Notes: a model not told the origin generated them from the sequence alone. Positions 38,090 to 52,451 are shown, numbered from the stretch's first letter. The stretch is 64,000 nt of DNA from Cetorhinus maximus (GCF_964194155.1 NC_135901.1:38068001-38132000); one strand, 5' to 3'. Numbers and translations: made by a program.

Positions 38090-39905
38090 TTCTCCAAAGC
38101 CAATGGATCTAAGCTCAACAGTCCTGCCACATCCAGTCGGATGATGAGGCTCCCCAACTATTCCCATCCTCGATGATGGAGGAGCCCAGCACAAGAGGGC
38201 AAAATATAAGGCTGAACCATTTGCAACAACCTTCAGCCAGAAGTCCTGAGCAGATGGTCCATCTCGGCCTCCTCCGGAGGTTCCCAGCATCACAGATGCC
38301 AGCCTTCAGCCAATTCGATTCACTCCGTGTGATACCAAGAAACGGCTGAAGGCACTGGACACTGCAAAGTCAATGGGCCCTAACAATATCCCGGCAATAG
38401 TACTGAAGACTTGTGCTCCAGAACTGGCTGCACCCCTAGCCAAGCTGTTCCAATACAGCTACAACACTGGCATCTACCCGGCTATGTGGAAAATTGCCCA
38501 GGTATGTCCTCTACACAAAAAGCAGGACAAATCCAACCCGGCCAATTACTGCCCCATCAGTCTGCTCTCGATCATCAGTAAAGTGATGGAAGGGGTCATC
38601 AACAGTGCTATCAAGCAGCACTTGCTCATCAATAACCTGCTCACTGACGCCCAGTTTGGTTTCCGCTGGGGCCACTCAGCTCCTGACCTCAGTACAGCCT
38701 TGGTTCAAACATGGACAAAAGAGCTGAACTCCAGAGATGAGGTGAGAGTGGCTGCCTTTGATATCAAGGCAGTCTTTGACCGGGTATGGCATCAAGGAGC
38801 CCCAGCAAAACTAGATTCAATGGGAGTCAAGGGGAAACTCTCCACTGGTTGGAGTCATACCTAGCACAAAGGAAGATGTTGTAGTTGTTGGAGGTCAGTC
38901 ATCTCAGCTCCAGGACATCCAGCTGCAGGAGTTCCTCAGGGTAGTGTCCTTGGACCAACCATCTTCAGCTGCTTCATCAATGACCTTCCTTCCAACATAA
39001 GGTCAGAAGTGGGGATGTTCGCTGACGATTGCACAATGTTCAGCACCATTTGTGACTCCTCAGATACTGAAGCAGTCCATGTCCAAATGCAGCAAGACCT
39101 GGACAATATCCAGGCTTGGGCTGACAAGTGGCAAGTAACATCCACACCACACAAGTGCTAGGCAAGTACCATCTCCCAACAAGAGAGAATCCAACCATCG
39201 CCCCTTGACAATAAATGGCATTAGTATCACTGAATCTGCCACTATTAATATCCTCGGGGGTTCCATTGACCAGAAACTGAACTGGACTAGCCATAAAAAT
39301 ACTGTGGCTACAAGAGCAGGTCAGATGCTAGGAATCCTGCGATGAGTAACTCACCTCCTGACTCCCCAAAGCCTGTCCGCCATCTACAAGCCACAAGTCA
39401 GGAGTGTGATGGAATACTCCCCACTTGCCTGGATGAGTGCAGCTCCAACAACTCTCAAGAAGTTTGACACCATCTAGGACAAATCAGCTTGCTTGATTGG
39501 CACCCCATCCACAAACATTCATTCGCTCCACCAATGATGCATAGTAGCAGCAGTGCATACCATCTACAAGATGCACTGCAGGAACTCACCAAGCTCCCTT
39601 AGACAGTATCTTCCAAACCCATGACCACTACCATCTGGAAGAACAAGGGCAATAGACACATATAAACACCACCACCTGCAAGTTCCCCTCCAAACCGCCC
39701 ACCACCCTGACTTGGAAATTCCTTCACTTGTTGGGTCAAAATCCTGAAACTTCCTCCCTAACAGCACTGCGGGTGTACCTACATCACATGGACTGCAGCT
39801 GTTCAAGAAGGCAGCTCATCACCAACTTCGCAAAGGCAATTAGGATGGGCAATAAATGCTGGCCTAGCCGGCAACGCCCACATCCCAAGAATGAATTAAT
39901 ATGAA
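38090..39905 (+). mobile_element. CR1-clade LINE 3' ~1.8 kb
   Basis: ORF 38373-38864 RT domain (NPANY.PISLLS..SKVME, QFGFR, DIKAVFDRVWH), then GVPQGS and FADD; tail GGGCAATAAATGCTGGCC..CCCACATCCC. Confidence 0.9.
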
Positions 39906-39964
39906 AAAAAGATTGATGGTCTGATGGCTATTTGTGGAATCTTACTGTGCACAAACAGGTAAAC

Positions 39965-41050
39965 AGTAACAATTTGTATTTATATAACACGTTTAATGTA
40001 ATAAAACATCCCAAGGTGCATCAGAGAAGTATCCTGAAGAGAAATTTAACATCAAGGCACATAGTATATTAGAGTAAATGGACAAAACCTTCATTAGAGA
40101 GGCAGATTTTAACAAGGACCTTTAATCAGGAGAGAGAGCTGGAGAAGTTCAGGGAGGGAATTTCAGAACTTCATGCCAGGCATGGCCAACAGTGGTGGAG
40201 TAATTAAAAGCAGGGACGTTCAAGAGGCCAGATGAGAAGGGCACATATATCCCTGAGAGTTGAGTGATGGAGGTTGCAGGGGTAGGGAGGGACGAGGCGA
40301 CAAGAGGGATTTGAAAACAAGGATGTGAGTTTTAACATTGAGGCATTGCTTGACTAGGAGTCAATGTTTGTCAGCGAGCCAAGGGGTGATGGGTGAACAG
40401 GACATGGTGTGAAAAAGCACACGGGCAGCAGAGTTTTCGATGATTCATATTTCCGTGTGGGGGTGGGGTGAATGTGAGAAGCTGGTCAGGAATGTATTGG
40501 AATCATCAAGTCTAATGGTAACAAGGGCAGGGATGAGGGTTTGAGCAGCAGATGAGCTGGGGTCAGGTGGGGACATGTGATGTCATGGAGATTGAAGTCC
40601 CTGGGGGACACAAAGTCGAAGGACTTTGCAGAGGAAAGTGAGTTTGGAGATGGGGTGGAAGTTTAGGGTGGTGGGGTCAAGTGTTTTTTCAGGTGATAAC
40701 AGTGGATTTAAAGGTGAGAGGGACAGTACCAGAAGAAAAAGAGAGAGAGAGCCATTAACGATATCAGCTGAGATAGGGAAGCTGGGTGATCAGTAGTTTA
40801 ATGAGAATGGGGTCAATACAGCAGAAGACAAGATGAGCACTGAGAGGGCATGAGGGGAGAGAAACTGGGGAAAAATGTGAGTTCAGGGCTCTGACAAAGG
40901 GAACTTTAGAGACAGTTTGTCCCAGTGCACTAGTGGAAGGGACGGAAGCAGCAGATCGGATTGTCTCAATCTTAGTGACAAAGAAGCTCCATGAGCTCCT
41001 CACACTTGTTGTTGGAGGTGAGGATGGAGGAGACAGGGGAGAGGGAGAAC
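39965..41050 (-). mobile_element. L2 fragments downstream of ZNF-D
   Basis: Same L2 start as 37030 in inverted orientation, plus an L2 3' end near 39970. Confidence 0.7.
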
Positions 41051-41253
41051 CCTTCAAAAGGAACTGACTTGTGTTAACGATATTAAAAATGTTCAACATA
41101 CTGTATGTTTAATACAAAGCTGATGTATTTGACTTCATCCACAATATTTAGCACCTCTAACATGGTTGGAGCTTTTCAACATCAGCAAAAACAGACTCTG
41201 ATGAAATTTGTTCAGTCCTGGATGTGATCAATAACAAAATCCAATCACTGTAG

Positions 41254-42050
41254 TTACTTGTGAACTCGCTGGTGTGTTAGCAGGTGGGATGACTGAGTGA
41301 ATCCCTTCCCACACTCGGAGCAGGTAAATGGTCTCTCCCCAGTGTGAATTCGCTGGTGTCTAAAAAGGGTGGATGAATCAATGAACCCCTTCCCACACCC
41401 TGAGCAGGTGTTCGGTCTCTCCCCAGTGTGTACTCGGTGGTGTGTCAGCAGGTGGTATAACTGAGTGAATCCCTTTCTACACTCGGAGCAGGAGAACAGC
41501 CTTTCCCCAGTGTGAATTCGCTGGTGTTCAGTGAGGTGAGATGAGTGCCTGAATCCGGTCCCACAGTGAGAGCACCTGAACGGTCTCTCCTCAGTTTGAA
41601 CATGTTGATGGCTCAACAGTTCCCCAGAACTTTAAAAGCACTTCCCACAACCTGAACATTTAAAATGCCTCTCATCAGTACTGAATTACTGGTGTCTCAG
41701 CAGGTTGGATAATTGAGTGAATCCCTGCCCACATACAGAGCAGGTGAATGGCCTTTCCCCAGTGTGAACTCACTGGTGTCTCAGCAGGTTAGATGACTGA
41801 GTGAATCCCTTTCCACACTCAGAGCAGATGCGATTCCACACTCTCCCCAGTGTGAACTCGCTGATGAGTTTCCAGCTGAGGCGGGGAATTGAATCTCTTC
41901 CCACAATCCCCAAATTTCCACAGTTTCTCCTCAGTGTAAACACTGCTTTTTCCTTCCATTATCGAGCTTGATGGATCGAGTGACTCTGTCAGATCCTGAT
42001 GTGATGTTTGGTTTGAGTTTCCCGACTGTAAATCCTCCCCTTCTAATACC
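41254..42050 (-). pseudogene. C2H2 zinc-finger pseudogene ZNF-D
   Basis: Finger ORFs 41819-42160 and 41254-41616 are separated by frameshifts and stops. The acceptor AG reads CG at 42051-42052. Confidence 0.88.
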
Positions 42051-43157
42051 CGGTGAAATTGATTTAAAACAGAAAAAGGGAGTGAGAGAGAACCCACAAA
42101 AACACAAAGGCAGGTAGTGAAATTGAGCTGAATGAATCTAGGAATTTGTGGGGCTGGCACGAGGAAAAAGTGACCATGAAAACTGCTGGATTGTCATAAA
42201 AACACAACTGGTTCACTAATGTCCTTCAGGGAAGGGAACCTGCCACCCCGTCAGGGCCTACACAAGACTCTGGCCTCTATAAGAACATATGAAATAGGAA
42301 CAAGAGAAGTCCTAACACCCCATTGAGCCTGCTCCACCATTCAATATGACCGTGGCTGATCTTGGGCTTCAACTCCACTTTCCTGCCCACTCCCCATATC
42401 CCTCACCTCCCCGAGAGATCAAAAATCTCTCCATCTCAGCCGGAAATATGTTCAATGATGGAGCATCCACAACTTGCTGGGCTAGAGAATTCTTTGTGAC
42501 AGAGAGAGAGAGAAAGAGAGATAAGGGAGAGACAGGGGGAGGAGGTTACTGAACAAATCACAGGATGTCAGTAAACAGAATTTGAGCACATGGGATTGGG
42601 GTAATATACTGCTATAGATTGAGAATTGGTGAACAGACAGGAAACAGAGAGTCGGAATAAATGTCTCATTCTCAGGATGGCAGCCCTGTAACTGGGCTGG
42701 AGTTTAATATCTTGATGTTAGTTTCAAACATGCAGTATGTCAAGTCCTTGATTTCTCCAGGATAAGAGGAGACTGATTGGTGTACTGTTACTGACTGCCC
42801 CTTTTTTGGATCTTTTCCCCTTTCTTACTCAAAATTCTTTCAGTTCTCATACCTTTACTTACTCCCAGCTCCCTATTCCTCCCAGAGATCCTCTGTTCAC
42901 CTTGCGATTCAGGGAAGGCATCGCTATCAAAAACAGAAAATGCTGGAAATAAATATCCATACTTTTCCAAGTGCAAATTGATTTTCCCCACGGATCATTG
43001 GCTCCAACCTTTCCCCACCACTGATGTGAAGCTGATTGTCCTGGAATTACTGTGTTTTTGAACAGGGGTGTAACATTTACAATCTGTCAGTCCTTTGACA
43101 CCACTACTATATAGGGTAGATTGGAAGATTGTGACCAGAGCCTCCACAAGTTCCATG

Positions 43158-43232
43158 TGAAGGATGCTGTCTCTGACAGTGCAGCAGTCCCTCAATGTCA
43201 CCCTGGAGTGTCAGCCTAGATAATGTGCTCAG
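43158..43232 (-). mobile_element. Deu-domain SINE fragment (SacSINE1/AmnSINE-like)
   Basis: Reverse complement GAGCACATTATCTAGGCTGACACTCCAG..TGAGGGA.TGCTGCACTGTCAGAG, recalled from DeuSINE consensus. Confidence 0.5.
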
Positions 43233-43499
43233 GTTTATTAATATTTCCTCTTGTTATTGATGTGGGTCATTAAGAAACAATGGACTCTTATGATGTCATC
43301 CAGTCCCAGTGCGATGATGTCATGGAGACTATTAAATACCAGCGGAGCCTTAGTGGTGAAAACAGTTTTGTTCGAGATGGCAGCAAGTCCATTACTGATA
43401 GATCAGCAAATGGAATTAATGGGAAAGAAAGTGAGGCAGCTCATGAACATCAGGAATAGTGTTGTGAATTATGAAGATGAACATGTACAGTATACATGT

Positions 43500-43656
43500 C
43501 CCATCTCCCGACACTCTGCCCCCATCTCCCGACACTCTGCCCCCATCTCCCGACACTCTGCCCCCATCTCCTGACAAGCTGCCCCCGTCTCCCGACACGC
43601 TGCCCCCATCTCCCAACATGCTGCCCCCATCTCCCGACACACTGCCCCATCTCCCG
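43500..43656. repeat. 21-bp minisatellite, ~7.5 copies
   Basis: Unit CCCCATCTCCCGACACTCTGC. Confidence 0.92.
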
Positions 43657-44654
43657 AGCAGCCTATCTCTACCTCTGCTGAACCCACACAGGATGCACCA
43701 AGTTGAAACCAGAGGAAAGGACTGGCGAGAAATTGTAATTCACCAAGGGTGTGCACATGGGGGTTTAACAAAATATTAAGTTTCCTGTTTTTAACAATGA
43801 CACACAAAAAATGTATTGATTGGGACCACTTCCAGCTCTTGTCCATTCTGACATCCCATGGGTCAGCTCACCCTCTCACTGGGTTCATGCTGAATGTCAA
43901 TCCAGGCTGGGAGCCGTTGGGTGGATGTGCAATGGGTGGATGAGTGGGTGAAGGAATGTTCAGTTCACAGGGAGGGGGATGGGGGAGGGGGTTGGTGCTG
44001 GTGGTGGGAAGTGTTCATTCTGAAGGAGTCCCACCTGAAACAGTGACTATTAACTTATCAATTTCTAATGGTGATTGACCTGCTGTGTATTTCCCCAGGT
44101 TTGTTCTGTTCAGTATTTATATATTTTTTTATTTTTGCTGAAACATATTCTTGTTCTGACACTGAAACACAGAGAATTTTAACTCTTGTTAAGTTCAATC
44201 CCCATCGAGAACACAGGAGGACTCAACTGGTCCAAACTTCTTATGGTATCAATAAACAAAAATCCTCCAAGATGTTTATTTGGGGAATTGTTTTTCTCTG
44301 AGACCCGGGATGGTCAAACTATGTCCCAAAGTTCAGATTAGGGCCTTGAGCCTGGGCTATGGGGCCCACATACATGGAGCACCATTACCGGATGTCCTTC
44401 ATCCCCAATTTTAATCACTCCACCATTGGTGGCCATGCCTTCAGCTACCTGGACCCTAAGCTCTGGAATTTCCTCCCTAAACCTCTCCACCTTTCTACTT
44501 CACTTTCCCCATTCCAGACACTCCTTATAATCGACATCTTTGAACAAGCTTTTGGGCATCTGGCCTAATCTGTCCTGCTCCTGTGAAGGACATTTTATTA
44601 TGTTAAGAGCTTGATATAAATAGAAGTTGTTGTTGTTCTTCACAGTATCACATT

Positions 44655-46130
44655 ATCTTTACAGTGTAGAAGGAGTTCAATTTGCCCATCGAGTCTGCAC
44701 TGACTCACTGAAATAACATTCCACCTAGTCCCACTCTCCTACCTTAACCCCGTAACCTTGCACATTCTCTTCTTTCATGTAACAATCCAATTCCCTTTTG
44801 AATACCTCGATCGAACCTGCCTCCACCACCCTTTCAGGAAGTTTGTTCCAGAATCCAACCACCCTCTGGGTGATTTTTTTTCCCTTCACATCACAATTAC
44901 TCCTTTTTTCAATTATTTTGAATCTGTGCCCTCTAGTTCTTGATGTTCTCTTGAGTGCGAACATTTTCTCACTACTCTGTCCATAGCTCTCAGGATCTTG
45001 AATACGTCTATTAAATCTCCTCTCAGCCTTCCTTTCTCCAAGGAAAACAGTCCTAACCTCTCTAATCTATCCTCATAGCTACAGTTCTTCATCCCAGGAA
45101 TCATTCTTGTTAATCTCCTATGTATCCTTCCAATGCCTTCACATCCTTCCTCCAGAACTGGACACAGTATTCCAGGTGAAGCCTAACAAGTGTCTTATAC
45201 AAGTTCAACATGACCTCTTTACTCTTGTACTCAATACCCATATGAACGAAGTCTCAGATACTAAATGCTTTATTAACTGCTCTCTCAACATTCCCTGCCA
45301 TCTTGAATGACTTAAGTACGTACACACTGAGGTCCCTCTGTTCCTGCACCTCCTTTAGAGGCTCTCCCTTTATTTTATGCTATCTCACCATACATTTCCT
45401 GCCAAAACAAATCACCTCACATTTCTCTGCATTGAAATTCATCTGCCACTTGTCTGCCCAATCCACCAATGTCTATGTCCTTTTGAAGCTCATGACTGTC
45501 CCTATCACAGTTGACAACATTTCCAATCTTCGTATCATCTGCAAATTTTGAAATCATGCCCTGCACACCACAGTCTAGGTCATTAATATATCAGGAAGGG
45601 CAAGGGTCCCAACGCTGACCCCTGAGCAATTCCACTACAAACCTTCCTCCAATCTGTAAAACAACCATTTACCACTACTCTCTGGTTCCTGTTTCTTGGT
45701 TAGTTTCTTATCCAAGTTCCTACTTTCCCTTTTATTCCATGACCTAGAATTTTTCTCACAAGTCTTCTGTGTGGCACTATATCAAATGCCTTTTGAAAAT
45801 CCATATGCACCACATCAACAACGTTTCCCCTATTAACCCTTTCTGCTACCTCCTCAAATCACTCAAGTTAGTTGAACATGATTTTTCCCTTGATGAATCC
45901 ATGCTGACTTTCTTTAATTATCCTGCACTTGTCTAAGTGATGATTGATTTTATCCCGTCCTTATTGTTTCCAGAAGTTACCCTGCCACTGAGGTCAAAAT
46001 GACTGGCCTGTAGTTGCCAGCTTTATCCTTGCATCCCTTTTTGAACAAGGGTGTAACATTCACAGGTCTCCAGTCCTCTGGCACCTCTTCTGTGTCTGAG
46101 GAAGACTGGAAAATTATCATTCATGCCTCT
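44655..46130 (-). mobile_element. CR1 LINE fragment
   Basis: MIPGMKN.SYEDRLERLGLFSLEKGRLRGDLIDVFKIL and RTRGH.FK peptides. Confidence 0.85.
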
Positions 46131-46159
46131 GCGCTTGTAGTGCCTCTGTTCTTGCAGAT

Positions 46160-46300
46160 CAGTGAGATCTGATCACTTACTGAGTGAGTGAGTCTGTATC
46201 AATGTAACTCAGATAGACACAGCTTGTGTCATAGTTCAGTGAGATCTGATCACTTACTGAGTGAATGAGTCTCTATAAATGTAACTCAGATAGACACAGT
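46160..46300. repeat. 77-bp tandem duplication
   Basis: CAGTGAGATCTGATCACTTACTGAGTGA...AGATAGACACAG at 46160 and 46237. Confidence 0.9.
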
Positions 46301-46720
46301 TTGTTGGAACAGACCTGGGGAGAAGAAAGCTTTGAATTAGCCACTAGACTTTCTGTTCTCCACAATTGGGAATAGGTAATGCTTTCCAAATATTCAAAAC
46401 GACGAATCAAGTCATTAAGGAGCATTTGTTTTTAGCTGAATTATTTGGTAGAATTAGAGTGAAAGAATGGGATTGACCCACAGCCTGAGTCACCACTTTA
46501 AGGACAGGAAGAGAGAGAATCTGGAGAGGAGAGAAGAATTAGTAGGAGACCATGCACTGAATCTGGAACAATGAATAGAGAGGGGGAGGAGTGTGTGGGC
46601 CAGGGATTTATAGATTTGGGGGAATGAAAGGAGAAAGAATATTCCATAGAAACTAGAATTGTCTGTTCTGAATTTCTATCCTGTACTGACAGTGATGGCT
46701 TTTGTAAACTGTGTTTACAG

Positions 46721-46912
46721 GGGATTAGAGGGAGAGGATTTTCAGATGGGGAAACTCAAACCAAAAATCTCGACAAGATCTTATGGAATCACTGAAATCA
46801 TAAATGACCAGCCTTTGATTATGGAAGGAAAAATGTTTGTCTCTTTTGTCTGTGGGAAAGATTTACATCATCAGTGTGACTGGAAAATCACCAGGACACA
46901 CACACCTGAGTC
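46721..46912 (+). pseudogene. Truncated ZNF exon of a second subfamily, cut by an L2 (46925-47640, minus)
   Basis: Acceptor TTTACAG, then GLEGEDFQ..MEGKMFV..VCGK and an H..TH remnant. Duplicated at 57546-57733. Confidence 0.6.
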
Positions 46913-47649
46913 AGAACATGTATTGGGGTCAAACCTGGCATCAAGCATCCAAAAAGTCTGGTTTAGTCTCAGACAGTTGCCAGGGAGAGGAATGGAGTTG
47001 GTAGCTCGGGAATGAAAACAATGGGTTCAGTCTTCCCAATATTGAATTGAAGGAAATTTCTGCATATTCACCACTGGATATCAGAGAAACAGTCTGATAA
47101 TTTAACATAAGTTGAGAAGTGGAGAGAGGTGGTGGTGAGGTAGAACTGGGCACTATCAGTGTACATGTGATAACAGACACTGTGTTTTCAGATGATGTCG
47201 TTGTGGGGAGAATGTTGATGAGAAATAAGAGGAGACCAAGGCTGGATCCTTTGGGGACACCAGAGGTAACTGTGGGAGTGGGAAGGGAAGACATTACAAA
47301 TGATTCTCTGGCTGTGATTCAATAGTGAAGAATGGAACCAGGAGAGAGCAGCCCCACCCAGCTGGATGACAGTGGAGAGGTGTTGGAGCAGAATGGTGTG
47401 GTCAACCCTGTCAAAGGCTGCAGACAGGTCGAGAAGGGATAGTTTCTCTTTGTCACTGTCACATAGGATGTCATTGGTGGCTTTGATCAGAGCTGTTTCA
47501 GTACTGTGGCAGGGGCAGAAACCTGATTGGGGGGATTCAAACATGGAGTTCTGGAAAAGATGGGCACAGATTTGGGAGGTGTGAACATGTCCAAAGAGTT
47601 TGGAGAGGAAAGGGAAATTGGAGTTGGGACAGTAGGTGCCAAAGTGATT

Positions 47650-48370
47650 TTCTTGTACTTCTTGGTATCTAGTGATGTGTATTCACTGCTCACGGTGTGA
47701 TCTCCTCTATACTGAGGAGACTAAATGCCGATTGGGTGACTGCTCTATGGATCATCACCATTCGGGCTGTAGTCATGATCCTGAGCTTCAAGCCATTTAC
47801 CAGTTTAATTCTCCACCCACTCCCTCTCTGATCGCTCTGTCCTCGGCCTCCTGCACTGTTCCAATGAATCTCAATGGAAGCTGGAGGAACAGCAGCTCAG
47901 CTTTGATCAGACACTTTACAACCTTCCAGACTCAACATTAATTTCAACAATTTCAGATCATAACTACCACTCCCATTTTTTTCATACAGTAGGTGCTGGT
48001 GATGATTCTGCTGTCACCATTTGTACTTCCTCTGGGCCTATTTTTTGTTTCTCCTCTTGTCCCATGAGTCGATTTCCTTGTCTCCAATGTTGCCTTGCAC
48101 CATCATCCCATTTGTCATTTAATCACTCCAGCCTTCCATCCTATCACAAGACCGTTTGTTCTTTTTCCCTCTCGCTCTCTCTTTTTACTGACTCAGTATT
48201 TGTTTGTAAACTATTAAATCTTTAAATTCTTCCAGTTTGGATAAAAGGTCACCGACCTGAAACATTCACTCTGTTTCTATCTCCATAGAAGCTGTTTGAA
48301 CTGCTGAGAGTTTCCAACATTTTCTGTTTTGAGCTCGGATTCCCAGCATCTGCAGTATCTTGTTTTGGAT
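47650..48370 (+). mobile_element. Decayed Penelope-like 3' fragment
   Basis: ORF 47672-47941 (CIHCSRCDLLYTEETKCRLGD) is GIY-YIG. A terminal module lies at 48232-48370. Confidence 0.75.
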
Positions 48371-48518
48371 TCACAGCGGATCAGTTTTCTCTGACTTATC
48401 GTTCCCTGTTTAAAGGTGAAGAAGGAGCTTTTAAAGAATGAGACAATAACTGTTCCCCTGTTCGACATGAAACTAAACTCACTGTTAATTCCTCCTCAGT
48501 AACAATTGTAAACACAAA

Positions 48519-48589
48519 GCTTCCAGCCGGGATTGAACCGGGGATTTTCTCATGTAAAGTAAAGGTGATAATCAGTGCACTGGGGAAAT
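48519..48589 (-). pseudogene. Decayed tRNA-Val(TAC)-like pseudogene
   Basis: TTCCAGCCGGGATTGAACCGGGGA..TGTAAAG..GTGATAATCA..CACT..GGAAA is collinear with reverse-complement Val tRNA. Confidence 0.5.
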
Positions 48590-48699
48590 GAGTGTGAATC
48601 CCCCCCCGGACAGAGGGGAACTGACCATCCATCTCTAGCTCTAATTCCCAAACAGAAAATGCTGCCAAGAATCAGCAAGTCAGGCTGAGTCTGTGGCCG

Positions 48700-49135
48700 C
48701 TCTCACCATCTGAAACCGTCACAATGCCCGGCTGATTGACGGCTGCTCCGGATCAATAGCCGGAGGACCGAACGGGAGCGGCTGGTCCTCCAACCAATCG
48801 GAGTGAATGAGGGGCGGGGACGGGCAGGGAGTGAAGCATGCGCAGTGTGAGTAATGGCGATGGACAGATGGATCTTTCTCTGAGCCACAATCAGTGAGTG
48901 GGTGAATGGCGGGGCGGAGGGAGCGATGGGTCCGCCGGGTGGGCGGAGAGGCTTCGCAAAATTTGTATAAGCAGCAAACCCCAAGAATGATGCCGGGGAG
49001 ACCGTCACCTGTTTGTATCGAGCGAGGCCGCAGCTTTTTCCCAGTTACCTACGCGGGGGAAATGGCCGCCATCTTTGTTGGAGGCAATGTACAACAGGGC
49101 GCATGCGCGGATGCCATCTTTGTTGGGGGCAATGT
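48700..49135 (+). promoter_or_regulatory. Paralogous ZNF promoter, exon 1 and intronic YY1/NRF1 sites (probably ZNF-E)
   Basis: Direct paralog of 26040-26520: CCAAT, GC box, GCATGCGCA, donor GTGAGT (48894), GCCGCCATCTT, GCGCATGCGC. The link to ZNF-E crosses a 200-N gap. Confidence 0.65.
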
Positions 49136-50018
49136 TTTTGAAACCATTTCAATGACAATGGGAACAACTTGTCCATCAAACTGCTTCACGCTTTGAGTTA
49201 CAATGTCTTACTGATGAGGCAGAACAACGATATATGTCCAAGTCAGTGACAATAATTTACAATGTGCCTCTAACTTGACAAGGCATTTCACAGAAATGGT
49301 ACAAAGTAACGTTTGACACTGAGCCACATAAGGAGATATTAGGGCAGGTGACCAAAAGCTTGGTCAGAGAGGTAGGTTTTAAGGAGAATCTTAAAGGGGA
49401 GAGAGTGAGGTAGAGAAGTTTAAGGAAGAAATTCCAGAGCTTGAGGTCGTGGCAACTGAAAGAACGGTCACCAATGGTGGAGCGATTAAAATCAGGAATG
49501 CTCAGGAGGCTGGAATTAGATAAGTGTTGAGATCTCGGAGGAGTGTGTGGCTGGAGGGGGTTACAGAGAACGGGATGATCACAACCATGGAGGAAAACAA
49601 GGATGAGAATTTGAAAATGCAGGTGCTTCTAAAACAGGAATCTTTGTAGGTCTGTGAGCACAGGGGTGATTGGTGAACAAGACTTGGTGCAAGTAAGCAC
49701 ACGGGCAGCAGAGTTTTGGATGACTTGAAGATTACAGGGATATTGAATGTGGGAGGCCGGCCGGCCGGGAGTGCATTAGGATAGTAAAGTCTAGAGGTAA
49801 CAAAGAAATGGATGAGAGTTTCAGCAGCAGATGAGCTGAGACTGGGGTGGAGTCGGGCGATGTTACTGAGGTGGAAATAGGCGGTCTTGGTGATGATGTG
49901 CATATATAGTTGGAAGCTCATCTTGGGGTGAAATATTTCACCATGGTTGTAAAAAGTCTGGTTCAGTCTCAGACAGTTGTCAGGGAGAGGGATGGAGTCG
50001 GTGGATAGGGAGTGGAGT

Positions 50019-50218
50019 NNNNNNNNNNNNNNNNNNNNNNNNNNNNNNNNNNNNNNNNNNNNNNNNNNNNNNNNNNNNNNNNNNNNNNNNNNNNNNNNNN
50101 NNNNNNNNNNNNNNNNNNNNNNNNNNNNNNNNNNNNNNNNNNNNNNNNNNNNNNNNNNNNNNNNNNNNNNNNNNNNNNNNNNNNNNNNNNNNNNNNNNNN
50201 NNNNNNNNNNNNNNNNNN
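50019..50218. other. Assembly gap (200 N)
   Basis: Directly visible. Confidence 1.
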
Positions 50219-51144
50219 AACTAGTTCTGATCTCTATATGAGAATCCAAAGTTTAAACTTTCCTTGTTACAGATATAAGAATTCTACAGACAGTAAGGAC
50301 ATCCATCAAATATGAAAGTAATATTTCCTTAACCTCCAGAATGGGAGATTCACTCCGTTCAGAACAGTTCTGAAGTCAATCGACGAGAACCTGATGAATC
50401 CCTCTGACAAATCTAAAGATTCAAGTTTGGGTTGAGATATTTATGATGAATTTTGGGATTGTATAGTTAGTGGTAGAAGATGCCCATTTGATCACTAACA
50501 GACCACCTCTAATTAGTATTCTATATTTGGTGAAAGGACCACCTATTATAATGAGAGTGCCCATTCAATTTCTAGGAAATGTTATTTTGAAATAATTCCT
50601 GAAAACTGGACTTCCCGTAAAGGTCTTGTTGGTTAATGTTGCTGAGTCAAGGTATTGAGATAATGAAAATTGGGGCTGAGGATTTCATTTCTCTGTTTTG
50701 TGGTTTTAATTATCAGAGCCAGTATTGTAGCTTGTCTGTTAGTGTCATAGCAAGAACCATGAAATCCCATTTTTTTAGGTGTGTATTTCTCATCAGTAAA
50801 CTCACCTTTGTTATGAGGGGATTTAACCTTGCTACTTTTGCAAGCTAGTTTTGACCCCTGTTAAATTAAGTTTCACTGTGAATTTACCCAGAGTAACCTT
50901 TAACAAAAGATTCCTGTATTAATTCCATATTATTTGACCATTATTCCCTCAAGCCCTTCCCTGAAGGACATTAGTGAATCAGTTGGGTTTTTATGACAAT
51001 CCAGCATTTTTCATGGTCACTTTTTCCTAGTGCCGGCCCCACAAATTCCCAGATTCATTCAGCTCAATTTCACAACCTGCCTTTGTGTTTTTGTGGGTTC
51101 TCTCTCTCTCTCTCCCTTTTTTCTGTTTTAAATCAATTTTACAG

Positions 51145-51862
51145 GGCATTAGAAGGGGAGGATTTGCAGCCGGGAAACTCAAACCAAACATCACATCAAG
51201 ATCTGACAGAGTGTCCCAATTTATTGTAACCTGAATATCATTGGATTTTGAACATGAAAGGAAAAAGCACAGTTCACAGTGGGGAGAAACCATACATGTG
51301 TTCTGTGTGTGGACGAGGCTTCAGTCAATCATCTGGCCTTTCGAGACACAAGCAGAGTCACACTGGGGAGAAACCGTGGAAATGTGGAGAGTGTGGGAAG
51401 GGATTCCGTTACCCATGTGAGCTGGAAGCTCATCAGCACAGTCACACTGGGGAGAGGCCGTTCACCTGCTCCGAGTGTGGGACGGGATTTACTGATTCAA
51501 CCCACCTGTAGACACACCAGCGAGTTCACACTGTTGCAAGACCTTTTAAATGCCCAGACTGCGGGAAGAGCTTTAAAAGTTCTGGGAACCTGATTCGCCA
51601 TCAACAGATTCACACTGACGAGAGGTCGTTCAGGTGCTCTCACTGTGGGACTGGGTTCAAAACATCATCTGAACTCACTGCACACCAGCGCAGTCACACT
51701 GGGGAGAGGCCGTTCACCTGCTTTGAGGGATTTACTCAATCATCCAATCTGCTGAGACATGAGCGAGTTCACACTGGGGAGAGACCATTCACTTGCTCCC
51801 AGTGTGGGAAGGGATTCACTCAGTCATCTGCCCTGCTGAGACACCAGTGAGTTCACAAGTAA
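51145..51862 (+). pseudogene. C2H2 zinc-finger pseudogene ZNF-E (~7 fingers)
   Basis: Acceptor at 51144, ATG 51254, TAG at 51509 in finger 3, a later deletion and a TGA. Confidence 0.88.
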
Positions 51863-52451
51863 CTACAGTGATTGGATTTTGCTGTTAATCACATCCAGGA
51901 CTGAGCCATGTTCATTCGGGCCTGTTTCTGCTGATAATAAACTCCAGACCAGTTATAGGGGTTCATATTTTGCATAAAAGCCAAATGAATCAGCTTTGTG
52001 CTCAATACACAGTTTGTCGAATCTTTGTATTATCTCCAAAACAAGTTCTTTTTGAAGTTCTCCCCCACTCCCCTCTCTCCTCCATCCTCACCTCCAACAA
52101 CAAGTGTGAGGAGCTCATGGAGCTTCTTTGTCACTAAGATTGAGACAATCCGATTAGCTGCCTCTGCTGCTTCCCTCCCTTCCACTCATCTTGTCCATCA
52201 GACCCACCTCCTGCTCCACTGGCCCTATTTCCACAAAACTGCTGATCATCCAACTTCCCCATGTTCACTGAGATTTTAAACAGTTCTTTCTCTCAGGTAG
52301 TGTCCCTCTCTCCTTAAAATCTGTCATTATCACACCCCACCACCAAAAAACAAACCTTTGACCCCCCACGGTTCTTGCAAACTACTGCCCCACCTTCAAC
52401 CTCCCGCTCCTCCCTACACTGTTTGAACGTGCTGTCACCTCCCAAATATTA

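Noticed and set aside
43251-43846. Repetitive ORFs (PPSPDTL, SGDGGRV, CREMGAE)
   Set aside because: All frames of a 21-bp minisatellite; no gene context.
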